Below are positions 18,601 to 28,300 of a DNA stretch of 60,838 nt, one piece after another. Each line of letters opens with the position of its first letter. The first letter of the stretch is position 1. The position numbers and the translations under genes are program-made. Below the pieces are notes generated by a model. That model was not told where the DNA came from, made no database searches, and worked only from the letters and a program-made list of their open reading frames with translations. Origin of the DNA: a virus (lineage: Duplodnaviria; Caudoviricetes); the IMG/VR virus record IMGVR_UViG_3300025645_000079, positions 1 to 60,838 of that record, one strand, 5' to 3'.

Positions 18601-21600
18601 AAAGAAATAAAAGCTGCGGATGGCGAGGCTAAAGAGGACCTCCAAATCAAGCTAAACGAGGTAAAATACATTGAGAACGAACGCGGTAGCGGCGAAATAG
18701 ATGCACTGCAAAAACTTGAGGACAAGTTAGTAGCCCTCAAAGAAGACCGCGAGCTGGAGATTATGGCCGAGCAAGAGAACATTGCGCGTTATTTACCCAT
18801 CGTCAAGCAGCACCGAGAAAACCAGAAAACAATTGAGAAAATTAGAAAGCGCACTAGACGAGATGAAGCGAGCGTTAAGGCCGATAACGTTGAAAACTCC
18901 CGTCTTGAGGGCATTATTAGACACAACGGGGGCGAAGTGGACGTGGCCAATGGTGTCAAGCTTAAAGACCTAGAGCGGCTAGCCAAAGATAAACCGTCGT
19001 TGTCTAATAAGGAGGCAGTTCGGGACTTTAAGGCGAAAATTAAGGCGGACAAAGTAACTCGCGAAGCAAAAGTTACAGAGGCCAAGAAGGAGCTGGCAGC
19101 CCACAATAAGCAGGTCAAAGAGAACCACGACGCGTACACTAAAGAAATGAAGCTCGCCAACAAGCAACTAACGCACTCTATGGGAGGGCAGAACAAGGGT
19201 GCGGATGATCGGGAGTACCAGCAAGCAAAACGTTTACTGTGGGCTGAGTACCAGAAAATATACGGGGAAGGTGAAGTCTCTGTCGAGGCTACGCAGACTG
19301 TTACCGAACTACCGAAGGGCGAGCAGCGTGACGAGCTGCTGGAGTCTATGGGAATGCACGAAACGTTCGACCCGAATGATGTGGACGACCGCTCAGAGCA
19401 ACAGATTGCTGCGGATTACGAGAAGCGTACCGGGCGAAACCGTTCGTTAGTATCTGACATAAAACGGATATTAAAAGAGTTTAGTAGCAATAAACCTAAG
19501 AAAAATAAGGTCGAGGGCAAGAACACCCAATACTACGCGGGTGCGTTTGAAAGGGATACCGATCTAAGTGAGGAGTCGCTTGATAACTTCCTTGCGTACC
19601 TTAACAAACCCACCGATAACGAAGAGGGGTTGCCTCTGAGACAGGGCGACCACTCTAAAGCATTCTACACCTACACTTCGGACTCGGGTGCTAATGCTTC
19701 TGAGCGAAGTACCTCCCAGAAGACACCTGAACGTAATATTACTCGGTCTACTTTATACATACTTGGTGAACACCTTAAATACGGAGATTATGCCAACGCC
19801 GCGAAGTTTCTCAGCCAGCGCCGCATGATATCTACCCTCCCCATGCAGGGTGAAGACTCTATGATGAGCCGTTCTGAGCGGCTAGATATTATTATCCGCA
19901 CGGGTAAACCTACTCAAAAAAAGCTCAAGAGTGAGGGGGTGGATAACGATTCTATAGTAATAACCACGCGCAAAGGAGCGCCGATACTTACTAATTTTTC
20001 AGATATTGTTCGTTACGTGATGGAGTCTGAGATGGGCATCGTTTTTAACGATTTCGTTGCGCACCAGAACCTTCCGAAAGAAATGGAGAAGGGCGTGTAT
20101 GCCGCGCTGTCCATGATCAGCGACATAAAAGATGATGACGGTAACTACAAGTACAACGTAGACCTGCGAAAAATACCTGATGCCACGGTAATATTCAGGC
20201 CACAAGGCGATAAGGGTGTCGGCGTGACTATGGCAATGGTGCGTGCCACTATCGCTCGCGCACAAGTGTACGTACACAGTATGCAGCAGCAGGGGCAAGA
20301 CCGTAAACTCGACACTGAGCGTTTTGACGAGCGTAGGGAACGTCCTGAAACGGGAGAGGATGCACCTCTTGATGTTATACGCAACCAGCTTGCTGATAGC
20401 GAGATTGGTGAGACCAACGATATTGCTAGCATGAGTGATGTCGAACTCATAGAGTTTATCGATTATGAATCGACTTATGGGTCGGAGATTGATTACATAG
20501 ACGAGGGCAATGTTGATAGCGGCAAGACGAACGAAGGTTCGGAAGACATGAAGGAGTTTTCTAAAGACTACGAGGGAAGTGTTGCCCCCGACGAATCCAT
20601 GAACTTCGACTTCAACCCCAAAACTGAGGAAGCCCCAAGAACCAAGCCAGTTCCACAGGAGGGCGATTATCAGTCCCCTGATACTGTCAAAAGAGGGCAA
20701 GAGCTTGAGCCTCAAACAAAAGAGGCGTACGAGAAGAAAGTAGCGGGGGATAAAGAAGTTAAGGTCAAACAGGCTGAATCTGTGCTTATAAATGCTAAGA
20801 AAGCCCTGAACGCGTTCAAATCTCTTATCAGAGTGGGCACCAACAAAGTCGTGCAGGCAGCGGATGCCCGTAGGCAGAAGAAGGTAGACGCAGCCAAAGC
20901 AGAAATTGCCATTATTGAAGAGTATGTTGTTTGGAGGCGTGAGAATGCTAAAAACCATAAGTCTATAGAGGCCGAACACACAAGTAGAAAAGAACGCATC
21001 CGAGAGGATATACCCAAAGCCGAAAGTGCTGTTCGACGTTCTGAACTCGCGCAAAAGATCCTTCGCCAACGCATCGAGAAGGCGGAAGGTAAGGAGCAGC
21101 GTGCAACACTAGAGGAGGAGCTTAGGGGCATAGAGGTATCCAACGCGGCGAAAAAGAAGCAAATCGAAGGGCTTGAACAAGAGTTTCGGGACATGCTCAA
21201 CACCGTCCAAGAAAAATTTAATGTTATCACTAAGGAAATCGAGGATAACATCAAGGCAGAAGATGAGCGTCTTAGCAAATTCAAAGGTAAAAAATCTGAG
21301 GATATCGCTCTTGAGATGGCTACGCGTAGCGACATATCCCGCATTGCAGACCATGCGGCTAGGATGACGAGGGCTATTCAAGACCCACTAGACATACTTA
21401 ACAAACAGGCTGAACATGCCGAAAAACGCTCAATGGGCGAAGAGGAACGAGCGCATATACTCAAACTGAGGGACGCTGTGGTCTTGGCAGAAAGGGGCGT
21501 TAAACTTGCGAAAGCATCTATTGCCCCAGAGTTCAACCCTAAGTACGACGTTGATAAAACCAGCAACGTTTATGGCCCAAGCAGGGACAGCGGCGATACG

Positions 21601-23766
21601 GTATACACCAATCCGAATGCGCCCGAGCAGGAAGATGCACCCACTACTGAGGCTGGCAAGAAGTCCAAGAATAAAAAGCAGAAGAAAGACAAGACTGATA
21701 AATTGTTCTCAAACACTATCTCTGATGAAGAGGCGAAGCGTGTGGCTGCCGAACAGGAAGTGATTGACCGCGAGGAGTTCGAGGCACAGGTGGCGGAAGA
21801 GACCAAGGATATGACTCCTGCGCAAATCATTGTTTGGATGGAAGAGAGAGCTGATAGGGAGGGGCAACGTGCAAACCAAGCTGAACGCGAAAAAGCAGAG
21901 GCAACGCTCGGAAGAAGAAGCAGCCAGCAGCGCCCTAAGGCACGTCGTTCAATATTCAAGTTTGTCCAAATGACCTATACACGACTAACTTCTTTCCACC
22001 CAGATGCGGGTAGAGCTGCGGCCGAATATGGCAAAGCTAGCCATGAATTGCCTGAGCAGATGATCGTACTACAGTCAAAAGCGTTCAAAGATGCTGCCGA
22101 CCTACAGAAGTCCTACGAGGATTTCACAAGGGGCGCTAACACTTCGCACTCGAAGAAGTATTCCAACTTTCTGGCCGAAGTCCACGCGCTAGTCGCAAAG
22201 CACGACAAAGGCTTTACCCCACCCAAAGATTCACGCAAATCAATCCACTTACACTACGATAAGATTTCAAACGACCCTGTTAAGTTCCAGAAAATATTGG
22301 AAAAAGCGGGCATTAAGAATGTCGGACGAGTGCTTGAAGCCGTGCTGGATGGCAAGGGATACGGGGAGTTTGGGGTTAATCCTCGCGCTACCCGAGGCAA
22401 GGCTAGACCTGGAGTACCAAACTCCAAACTCGCACCAGCCTATGATGCGCTGAAAGAAGCCGGATTCCTTGATAATGATGCACCACGTTTCCTTACTCGC
22501 TACTTGTATGCGGCGGGTAGCTGGGCGGCGTGGAACAAAGTCCATGGTAAAATGATAGATTCGCCCAACGGCAAGGGGCTATGGGTATCTAGTTCTCGCT
22601 ACTTTGACTATTCAGAGGTGTTGCATCCTCAGGACAAAAAAGAATTTGGCAAGCTGATGGACGGTTTACTGGGTAATACAAGAAATGATATGCACCCGTA
22701 CGTCCGTAGATTTAACTCTGCGGCTTTGGCATTTCAAGCGTCCACCATCTTGTGGTTCTCAGGAGTGGCCAGTATCCCTGAGACAGCGGGCGTGTATTCC
22801 AGAGCTAGGGGCGGCACAAGTTTGTCGGACATGCAGGATGATTTGAAGCAGTTGTTTACGGGCAAAGGTCGCGCTGAATTACTCAAGATTGCAGAAGATT
22901 TTGACATTGTGTCTAAGGAGGTCATCGAGCATACGCTGCAAATGCTGCATGGTATGGGCGATGTGAGTACGGGGCGTGTGAGCCAGAAGATTATAGCCAC
23001 TGTCTTTAAGTACAACGGGCAGGAGGCACTGACGCGTATCACTAGGACATTGGCGGTTAAGGTGGGGCAGAGATTCATGCTGCGCCATGCGGCCAGCAAT
23101 ACACCTAACTCGAAACGTATGCTCAAGGAGCTGGGCATTGATGCGGCGACGGTTAATAAGTTTTTAGCGGATGGCGATTTAAGCTCTCCAGAGGGCAAGA
23201 AGTACCGCGATGCGCTGCACAGATTCACTAGTGAGGCTGTGACTAACCCTAATCGTGCGCAGGTTCCTTTGATAATGAATGACCCGCTGTTCACTATTTT
23301 TACATCGCTTAAAAAGTTCTTTTACGGTTTTTACGACAATGTCACCAAGGGCTTGTTTAACGACGCTAAAATACGAAGGACTGAGGGCGTAAGGACAATG
23401 ACACCAATTATTCTTACCGCAGTAATGCTGCTACCTATGGGTATGGCGGCAGAGCTGCTTAGGGATTTTATTAAGTACCCGATGGGCAGACCCGATGGCC
23501 ACGAGAAAGACTTTATGGACAGGGTTAAAGGCGGTGTTATGGCTTCTGGTATTTTTGGTCCGTGGCATATGGCTGAGTCAGCGTATAAACAATCTCAGTA
23601 TGGGCGCGATCCTTGGATTGCGGCGGCTGGACCAACTGTGGGTTTCTTGAATGAGTTGCTGCGCGGGGAAGCGCGTCCTAGCAGGGCAGTACCATTACCG
23701 CTTGTGGCACAGCACCCATATTTATCTAGGGAGTTCGATAAATGGTGGGAAAGTTTTAGGGAATAA
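15697..23766 (+). CDS. giant (2689 aa) putative internal virion/ejection protein with N-terminal SNase-like domain
   Basis: Uninterrupted ORF; N-terminal TDGDS...FRIKGMNTPE...EYGR...MVRSGLA; hydrophobic Gly/Ala segments; long coiled coils; position typical of the largest podovirus ejection protein. Confidence 0.75.
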   Translation: MLDPKTLSLLSPAEPKDDAATFTDGDSGYFGSDKKDGFRIKGMNTPESENNFDRVDKHPDGRLAAETIKMLQAEGAQVIRGNSKGEYGRGLSEFVDADGNDLTQDMVRSGLAFPDRSREAAEAASDRNEREFLGKPTTFNKTIREQAEKRQGGEKFTPWNEGEANDVAHDRRGTFHKAFDRGTDQTKSALGGVMNYIGDLIGNDEWVADGKRMTQKANLNSKLNPREVENFKEIKDVGTAFDYLLETTGELAPGLILDAVATIGTGGLALGAVATRRVGSAVLVGAAKLAAEKSMKKAVKVGMIAGPTATGFLQSLGGMENTLEERGSEVNTGAAALSGVVGGAVNVIPYALVAGDILKQSGLADDVVKKVVEGVEQAEKSGFLSKAGGRLKDITKTAGKAGAGELFTEVPQMYIDELIASSNTDGKWQLETTDAIDGALRAVFGGAAMGGTASIAANTVSIVNEYNQARSEAAADEAPENDIPTAPEAPQDGGGGSRLDRMNAEAAGKQQARKATDGEQAGDKYFKGDGGTKQSKDANPDIAIDPIRATSLYESINDPSAKTSLMTMHDVPELAPERSFEMRELLIEDGKPASLQTVSNLIATGEVTPAEVVQFAASSYGGVETAIHMDQSPEAEMERLDKAIETTALDIRANRMYSDAVRPGKLRILQEALAATDSKSKRNIFDSGSFDLKHMIETEKVQRFDWRRTYESFRGMRKKSIETGVGKASDSLSIATNKAQESGRFDLLTPEARTKVQAPIATNKIADWYAEQGVEGAAELQRLQEVAMPTDPKNELPDAEHKKALDVFEKALTKMRKKVDNAAVQSYSDEANVTRVQDTKKDIPQERSDRAKEQNSTFYNMPKYNEKKEATGTQLATLKQLAESGHKRASEIYATVSEVFKRRVNTAETTGMLKDLVAKTKPSKETALAYAEKVKSVQSEITKLEALAKSQLGSIEAFKYKNKVSRLTKEIKAADGEAKEDLQIKLNEVKYIENERGSGEIDALQKLEDKLVALKEDRELEIMAEQENIARYLPIVKQHRENQKTIEKIRKRTRRDEASVKADNVENSRLEGIIRHNGGEVDVANGVKLKDLERLAKDKPSLSNKEAVRDFKAKIKADKVTREAKVTEAKKELAAHNKQVKENHDAYTKEMKLANKQLTHSMGGQNKGADDREYQQAKRLLWAEYQKIYGEGEVSVEATQTVTELPKGEQRDELLESMGMHETFDPNDVDDRSEQQIAADYEKRTGRNRSLVSDIKRILKEFSSNKPKKNKVEGKNTQYYAGAFERDTDLSEESLDNFLAYLNKPTDNEEGLPLRQGDHSKAFYTYTSDSGANASERSTSQKTPERNITRSTLYILGEHLKYGDYANAAKFLSQRRMISTLPMQGEDSMMSRSERLDIIIRTGKPTQKKLKSEGVDNDSIVITTRKGAPILTNFSDIVRYVMESEMGIVFNDFVAHQNLPKEMEKGVYAALSMISDIKDDDGNYKYNVDLRKIPDATVIFRPQGDKGVGVTMAMVRATIARAQVYVHSMQQQGQDRKLDTERFDERRERPETGEDAPLDVIRNQLADSEIGETNDIASMSDVELIEFIDYESTYGSEIDYIDEGNVDSGKTNEGSEDMKEFSKDYEGSVAPDESMNFDFNPKTEEAPRTKPVPQEGDYQSPDTVKRGQELEPQTKEAYEKKVAGDKEVKVKQAESVLINAKKALNAFKSLIRVGTNKVVQAADARRQKKVDAAKAEIAIIEEYVVWRRENAKNHKSIEAEHTSRKERIREDIPKAESAVRRSELAQKILRQRIEKAEGKEQRATLEEELRGIEVSNAAKKKQIEGLEQEFRDMLNTVQEKFNVITKEIEDNIKAEDERLSKFKGKKSEDIALEMATRSDISRIADHAARMTRAIQDPLDILNKQAEHAEKRSMGEEERAHILKLRDAVVLAERGVKLAKASIAPEFNPKYDVDKTSNVYGPSRDSGDTVYTNPNAPEQEDAPTTEAGKKSKNKKQKKDKTDKLFSNTISDEEAKRVAAEQEVIDREEFEAQVAEETKDMTPAQIIVWMEERADREGQRANQAEREKAEATLGRRSSQQRPKARRSIFKFVQMTYTRLTSFHPDAGRAAAEYGKASHELPEQMIVLQSKAFKDAADLQKSYEDFTRGANTSHSKKYSNFLAEVHALVAKHDKGFTPPKDSRKSIHLHYDKISNDPVKFQKILEKAGIKNVGRVLEAVLDGKGYGEFGVNPRATRGKARPGVPNSKLAPAYDALKEAGFLDNDAPRFLTRYLYAAGSWAAWNKVHGKMIDSPNGKGLWVSSSRYFDYSEVLHPQDKKEFGKLMDGLLGNTRNDMHPYVRRFNSAALAFQASTILWFSGVASIPETAGVYSRARGGTSLSDMQDDLKQLFTGKGRAELLKIAEDFDIVSKEVIEHTLQMLHGMGDVSTGRVSQKIIATVFKYNGQEALTRITRTLAVKVGQRFMLRHAASNTPNSKRMLKELGIDAATVNKFLADGDLSSPEGKKYRDALHRFTSEAVTNPNRAQVPLIMNDPLFTIFTSLKKFFYGFYDNVTKGLFNDAKIRRTEGVRTMTPIILTAVMLLPMGMAAELLRDFIKYPMGRPDGHEKDFMDRVKGGVMASGIFGPWHMAESAYKQSQYGRDPWIAAAGPTVGFLNELLRGEARPSRAVPLPLVAQHPYLSREFDKWWESFRE

Positions 23767-23777
23767 TAGCAGTACAC

Positions 23778-23809
23778 TGTTATAATGCCGTATTAGCTAA
23801 CTAATACGG
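23778..23809 (+). promoter_or_regulatory. extended -10 promoter plus inverted repeat upstream of the endolysin
   Basis: TGtTATAAT (23778-86); CCGTATTAG-ctaa-CTAATACGG. Confidence 0.5.
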
Positions 23810-23816
23810 TGTTTCG

Positions 23817-24191
23817 ATGTCTGAAAAATCAATGCAGAACTTTCCGGCGGAGGAGCTTCGCTGTAAATGCGCTCAGTGTAGTCTGGACGTCGAGCACGGT
23901 TGTGACACGGAGGCATTGTACGCGCTGCAACGCGTCCGAGTCCGTTTTGACAAGCCTATGTTTTTGACCAGTGCATTTAGGTGCGCGGATCACCCAGTTG
24001 AGGCTTCTAAAACAAATCCTGGCACGCACAACCAAGGTATAGCATTTGATGTCGCGGTTCCTTGGGGCGCAGACCGCATGGAGCTTGTCCGTCTGGCGAT
24101 GGAAGAGGGATTTAAGGGCTTCGGCTTTGCGGGAACTTTCTTACACATCGATTTTCGTTCTACTGGTCTAACGTCTTGGACGTACTCGTGA
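23817..24191 (+). CDS. peptidase M15 family endolysin (Zn peptidase)
   Basis: 'ELRCKC', 'TSAFRC..H', 'HNQGIAFD', 'FLHID' (H-x6-D...H Zn ligands). Confidence 0.88.
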   Translation: MSEKSMQNFPAEELRCKCAQCSLDVEHGCDTEALYALQRVRVRFDKPMFLTSAFRCADHPVEASKTNPGTHNQGIAFDVAVPWGADRMELVRLAMEEGFKGFGFAGTFLHIDFRSTGLTSWTYS

Positions 24192-25912
24192 AAATCACGT
24201 TTAGCGACTTTAAAGGCACAGCGCCAAAATTTGATGGCGAGCAGTTGCGTGATGGATATGCGGTTCGGTCTATTAATACCCGCGCGGGCAGATCCATTCT
24301 GGAACCTTTTAAAGCCTCTAGTCTCCTTGATACTGTGCTTACTACATCACCCGAATCTATATTCAAGTATAGGAATGAGTGGTTTAGCTGGGATACGCCA
24401 ACGTCTGCGGTTCGAGCGCCAATAATTAACGACCCGTATGATTATGTGTTGATTGCTTCTGATGGTGCTGACCCTAAAGTTAGTTACAACTTAATCGCTG
24501 AATCGGGCGTGGGTCCATACCCTACGGCAGTTTACCCGCTTGGCGTACCCGCGCCTTTGGCGCCAATATCACCCCTTGTTGAGGATGCAGATGGATGGGC
24601 CGTACCAGACCCAGTGCCTTCTGAGGACGAGTACGATTATTCGGCAACTGCGTATGCGCTTGTATACAAAGACGCGTGGGGCAGATTAAGTGCACTATCC
24701 CCGCCTAGCACTGTGGTAGAAATACGGGAATACGATACCCAGAACACCAACAAGGTAACGTTTAGTCTACCTACGGTGCCATCGGGGTTAATCCTTACAG
24801 ATGCGGTGCGTTCTACTAGTGCAAAAATACTTGTGTACCGCACTAACTTTGCAGGCGCGGGTCTTGGCGTATTTCAGTTTGTTGATGAGATACCTGTCAG
24901 CGCAACTTCTTACTCTGACGATTTGTTTAGCGGCGACTTACTTGAGTCCCCGATTAATGAAGCGTGGGTGGGTCCACCGGATACGAATACAGCACTGTAC
25001 CCTAATGGCCCAATGGAAAAGGTTATCGTAATGGGGTCTGACATTGTTGTTGGCCACAATAAGAAAATCCTTTGTTTTGCAGAGCCAGATGCCTTTTACT
25101 CATTTCCTGTTGAATACTACAAAGCTTTCACTGAAGACATCGTAACTATCTCTCCTGCGGGCGCGAATACTGTTGTACTCACAACTAGCTACCCGTATGT
25201 AGTGCAGGGAACGCATCCCGCATCTATGAGCCCGACCAGACTTGCTGAACCTGTCCCATGCACCAGTAAAAATGGAGTGACAGAAGTAGCGGGCGCTGTT
25301 TACTACGTCAGTACGACTGGCCTTTACAAAGTTACTGATTATAGATTAGAAAACATTAGCCGCAGCTACATGACAGAGCGTGAGTGGCGTGCGTTAGACC
25401 CAACAACTATGGTGCTTTCTAACTACGACGGGATAGTATTTGTTCACTGCCAGACTGTTGGATACAGCTATACGTTCAATACGTATGACGCTTCTGATGG
25501 TATGCGCAAAGTGGATCTATACGCTACTGCATATGCCCAATTAGATGAAACGAATGACATGGCGTATGTCCCAAACGGGACAGGCCAAATTCAGCAGTTT
25601 GACTCTTCTGCAACAAGCTATCGCTTAGTGCAATGGACGTCAAAAACATACGACCTACAATCGCCCTCCTGTTTTTCTATCTTAAAAGTTAGGGCTAACG
25701 AGTATCCGGTCACTGTCACGGTAGAGGCGGATGCTATGGAGGGGGCAGGTAAATACATATACGAAGCGACTGTGTTGAATGCTAATTTTGTGTATCTGCC
25801 GTTTGAGAGTAGGTCTAAACACTGGCGCATAAAAGTGGACTCGACTAACCCACTAGCCACACTTGAAGTACGAGACATACAGCTGGCCGACAGCCCTACG
25901 GAACTTGATTAA
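24188..25912 (+). CDS. putative tail nozzle/tube protein (P22 gp10/T7 gp12-like)
   Basis: 'ITFSDFKGTAPK' N-terminus, 'LGVPAP', 'LCFAEP...SFPVEY', 'WTSK' motifs; GTG start overlapping the endolysin stop. Confidence 0.65.
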   Translation: MKITFSDFKGTAPKFDGEQLRDGYAVRSINTRAGRSILEPFKASSLLDTVLTTSPESIFKYRNEWFSWDTPTSAVRAPIINDPYDYVLIASDGADPKVSYNLIAESGVGPYPTAVYPLGVPAPLAPISPLVEDADGWAVPDPVPSEDEYDYSATAYALVYKDAWGRLSALSPPSTVVEIREYDTQNTNKVTFSLPTVPSGLILTDAVRSTSAKILVYRTNFAGAGLGVFQFVDEIPVSATSYSDDLFSGDLLESPINEAWVGPPDTNTALYPNGPMEKVIVMGSDIVVGHNKKILCFAEPDAFYSFPVEYYKAFTEDIVTISPAGANTVVLTTSYPYVVQGTHPASMSPTRLAEPVPCTSKNGVTEVAGAVYYVSTTGLYKVTDYRLENISRSYMTEREWRALDPTTMVLSNYDGIVFVHCQTVGYSYTFNTYDASDGMRKVDLYATAYAQLDETNDMAYVPNGTGQIQQFDSSATSYRLVQWTSKTYDLQSPSCFSILKVRANEYPVTVTVEADAMEGAGKYIYEATVLNANFVYLPFESRSKHWRIKVDSTNPLATLEVRDIQLADSPTELD

Positions 25913-27921
25913 TGGCTAGCAAAAACAAGGCGATACTCCCACCAGTTCCGAAGACTTCGGACAGGGAAATGGCGAATTTCTTACGAGCAGTTCGTGAGAA
26001 TGCTGAGATTATCGGGGGCAAGGGTAGGTCTGACCCGCTTGACCGGGCTATTACTTTTCGAGATTGGAGGGAGGCCAACGGCAGCCCTGACTTAACCAAT
26101 GGCAAGGGTATAAGTACTGGGGCAACGGGAGTCGTATCGTTTAACGACCCTAAGCCGCAAATGCCTACGGGCGTGGAGATTTTCCCTACGTTTGAACGTG
26201 TGCTGTGTCGATGGGATCGCGTTAGCACTAGCTGGTACTTTGCAACCGAGATTTTTAGGCTAGTAGTCACAGATGAAGTGACCAACCCCCAGTTTGTTAA
26301 CGCCACGCAGGTCGGCACGGTTATGTCGCCTTTCTTCACTGACAGTGTGGGGAGTGGAACAACCGTTCGCTACTGGATACGCCACCTAAATCGTGACGGT
26401 GAAGCGGGTCCTGTACACGATCCCGATGGCACAGAAGTTACCACATACGAAAAACCTATTGATGTCCTGACCGAGTACAGCAAAGACATATACGCGGGTG
26501 CCAACTACGAGTGGCTTCGCAGTGACATGAGTATGATGCACGCGGTAAATAGTGCGTTCCAAGTGGCTGGATTGGCCGAGGGTAGCGGACTGTCTCAGGC
26601 GTTGTCGCGTTCGGGCGACCTGAGTGACTTACTTGCGGAGCTTGCTCTACAAAATTCACTGGATAAACAGCAAAGCAGTTATGAGTTTCAGGCGCAGTTT
26701 GGTAAAAACTACGCAAGACTTTCTGGCGGCGTGCACGCAGCTGTGGGCTCTTTGGAAGCGTACATTGTTCGCATCGAGACAATGGAATCGAGTTGGGAAG
26801 GTATCGACCAAACCATCGGTGCGAAGATTGACACCTTCGAACTCGCTCTAGCTGGCGAAGCTGGCGCTGTAGCTACGTCTATAGTCAACCACACTGTCGA
26901 CTATAATGGCGTTGAGGTCACTTTGCAAGAACTGGCATCGGCATCGGCATCAGAGGCAGAGGGCTATGCGACGCAGTGGGGGGTTAAAAGTTCTATTGGG
27001 GGGTTGCAGGGCGGCGTGGGTTTCTACAATGACGGCGTGTCTACCAGCTTTATAGTAGATGCGCAAACTTTTGCGATCACTAATGGCACCGGGGATGAAA
27101 GCAGCGTTTTGCCTTTTGTTGTGCGTGACGGCATTGTCGTAATGAAAGAAGCCTTCATGGATATCGGGGTCATCACTACCCTAGTGTCGGAGCTTATCGT
27201 GGTGGATAAACTCGTCGCCACCATAGATATTGAATCACCAGTCATCAATGGCGGGTCGATCACTGGTACGACGCTGAATATTAACGACAAAACTACAATA
27301 TCGGCATCCGGATTATTGGTCACTGAAGATGCAGTTGTGCGCGGAGAGATTATTGCGGACTCCGGGACACTCAACAATGTCACTATAGAAGATACGTGCA
27401 CTATCGAGGGGGAGCTTAGTGCCAACAACATAGTGGGCGACGTAATCGATAGAGCGGTTGCGGTAGTTGGGGAAGATTTCGTAGTTGGCCCCTCGGAGAA
27501 AATGGTCCTCATTGAAGGGTATATCGTCCCAGGTGTTATCGGCACGCTGTCAGACCGAGTGCTGGTTGTTTCCGGTGTGGCGATTGACCACGAGAACGGC
27601 GGAGGGAGCCACAGTCATATCGACATTGTGCTCAGGCTTGATGGCGTCGTAGTTCAAACTTTTTATTCAAAAAATGTAGGCGAGGAGGGGTCAGTAACCC
27701 CAACACTAGGCTGCAAATTGCCTAAGGGCGGGTCTACGTACCATTTCGCTGTCACCGTGGAGCCCTACTCAAATGATAACGCTCTTGTCCAGCAGTCCGC
27801 GATAGTAGCTGATGTATTTAAAATAGGCTCGACCATACAGAACGTATCGGGAATGTACCCTCTAGGGTCTCCGAATACACCCCCAGTGGGCAACCCAGTA
27901 TTTATTTTTAACGAGGATTAA
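25912..27921 (+). CDS. tail protein with FN3-like and gpJ/DUF1983-like domains
   Basis: 'TEIFR...VRYWIR' FN3-like segment; 'WGVKS...GGVGF...FIVDAQTFAI...PFVVRDG.V.MKEAF' DUF1983-like segment. Confidence 0.7.
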   Translation: MASKNKAILPPVPKTSDREMANFLRAVRENAEIIGGKGRSDPLDRAITFRDWREANGSPDLTNGKGISTGATGVVSFNDPKPQMPTGVEIFPTFERVLCRWDRVSTSWYFATEIFRLVVTDEVTNPQFVNATQVGTVMSPFFTDSVGSGTTVRYWIRHLNRDGEAGPVHDPDGTEVTTYEKPIDVLTEYSKDIYAGANYEWLRSDMSMMHAVNSAFQVAGLAEGSGLSQALSRSGDLSDLLAELALQNSLDKQQSSYEFQAQFGKNYARLSGGVHAAVGSLEAYIVRIETMESSWEGIDQTIGAKIDTFELALAGEAGAVATSIVNHTVDYNGVEVTLQELASASASEAEGYATQWGVKSSIGGLQGGVGFYNDGVSTSFIVDAQTFAITNGTGDESSVLPFVVRDGIVVMKEAFMDIGVITTLVSELIVVDKLVATIDIESPVINGGSITGTTLNINDKTTISASGLLVTEDAVVRGEIIADSGTLNNVTIEDTCTIEGELSANNIVGDVIDRAVAVVGEDFVVGPSEKMVLIEGYIVPGVIGTLSDRVLVVSGVAIDHENGGGSHSHIDIVLRLDGVVVQTFYSKNVGEEGSVTPTLGCKLPKGGSTYHFAVTVEPYSNDNALVQQSAIVADVFKIGSTIQNVSGMYPLGSPNTPPVGNPVFIFNED

Positions 27922-27922
27922 C

Positions 27923-28300
27923 ATGTCACAGTGGTACAGATATGGCACGGTAAGTGTCCCGCAAGGAACCAATGTTGTAACGGGCGTTGCGACGCAATGG
28001 ACTAGTGCGGTTAACCCTCCTATGGCGGGGGACATATTTACCCAAGATAACCAGACTTTGTACGAGATAATGTCTATCACGGGCGACAACGCTCTTACGC
28101 TTGATAGGAACTTTACTGCAACAACTGTAGCAGGGGGTTCATATTCTATTATCCGAAACACATCTGCTACCGTAAACACCCGCATAGCAGCGCAAGTATC
28201 TGATACGTTGGACTTGCTAGGTTCGCGCGTCACTGTCAGCACTACTGCACCGAGCGCGGGGCAGGGTAAAAACGGCGACATCTGGATAGTGGTGGCCTAA
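27923..28300 (+). CDS. tail fibre-related protein
   Basis: 'WYRYGTVSV..GTNVVTGVATQW' fibre N-terminal-like sequence; 'STTAPSAGQGKNGDIW' C-terminus. Confidence 0.65.
   Translation: MSQWYRYGTVSVPQGTNVVTGVATQWTSAVNPPMAGDIFTQDNQTLYEIMSITGDNALTLDRNFTATTVAGGSYSIIRNTSATVNTRIAAQVSDTLDLLGSRVTVSTTAPSAGQGKNGDIWIVVA

Noticed and set aside
15697-23766. N4-like virion RNA polymerase
   Set aside because: No convincing single-subunit (DxxGR, RxxxKxxxxxxxYG, HD) or DxDGD RNAP motif set was recognised; structure search is needed to exclude fully
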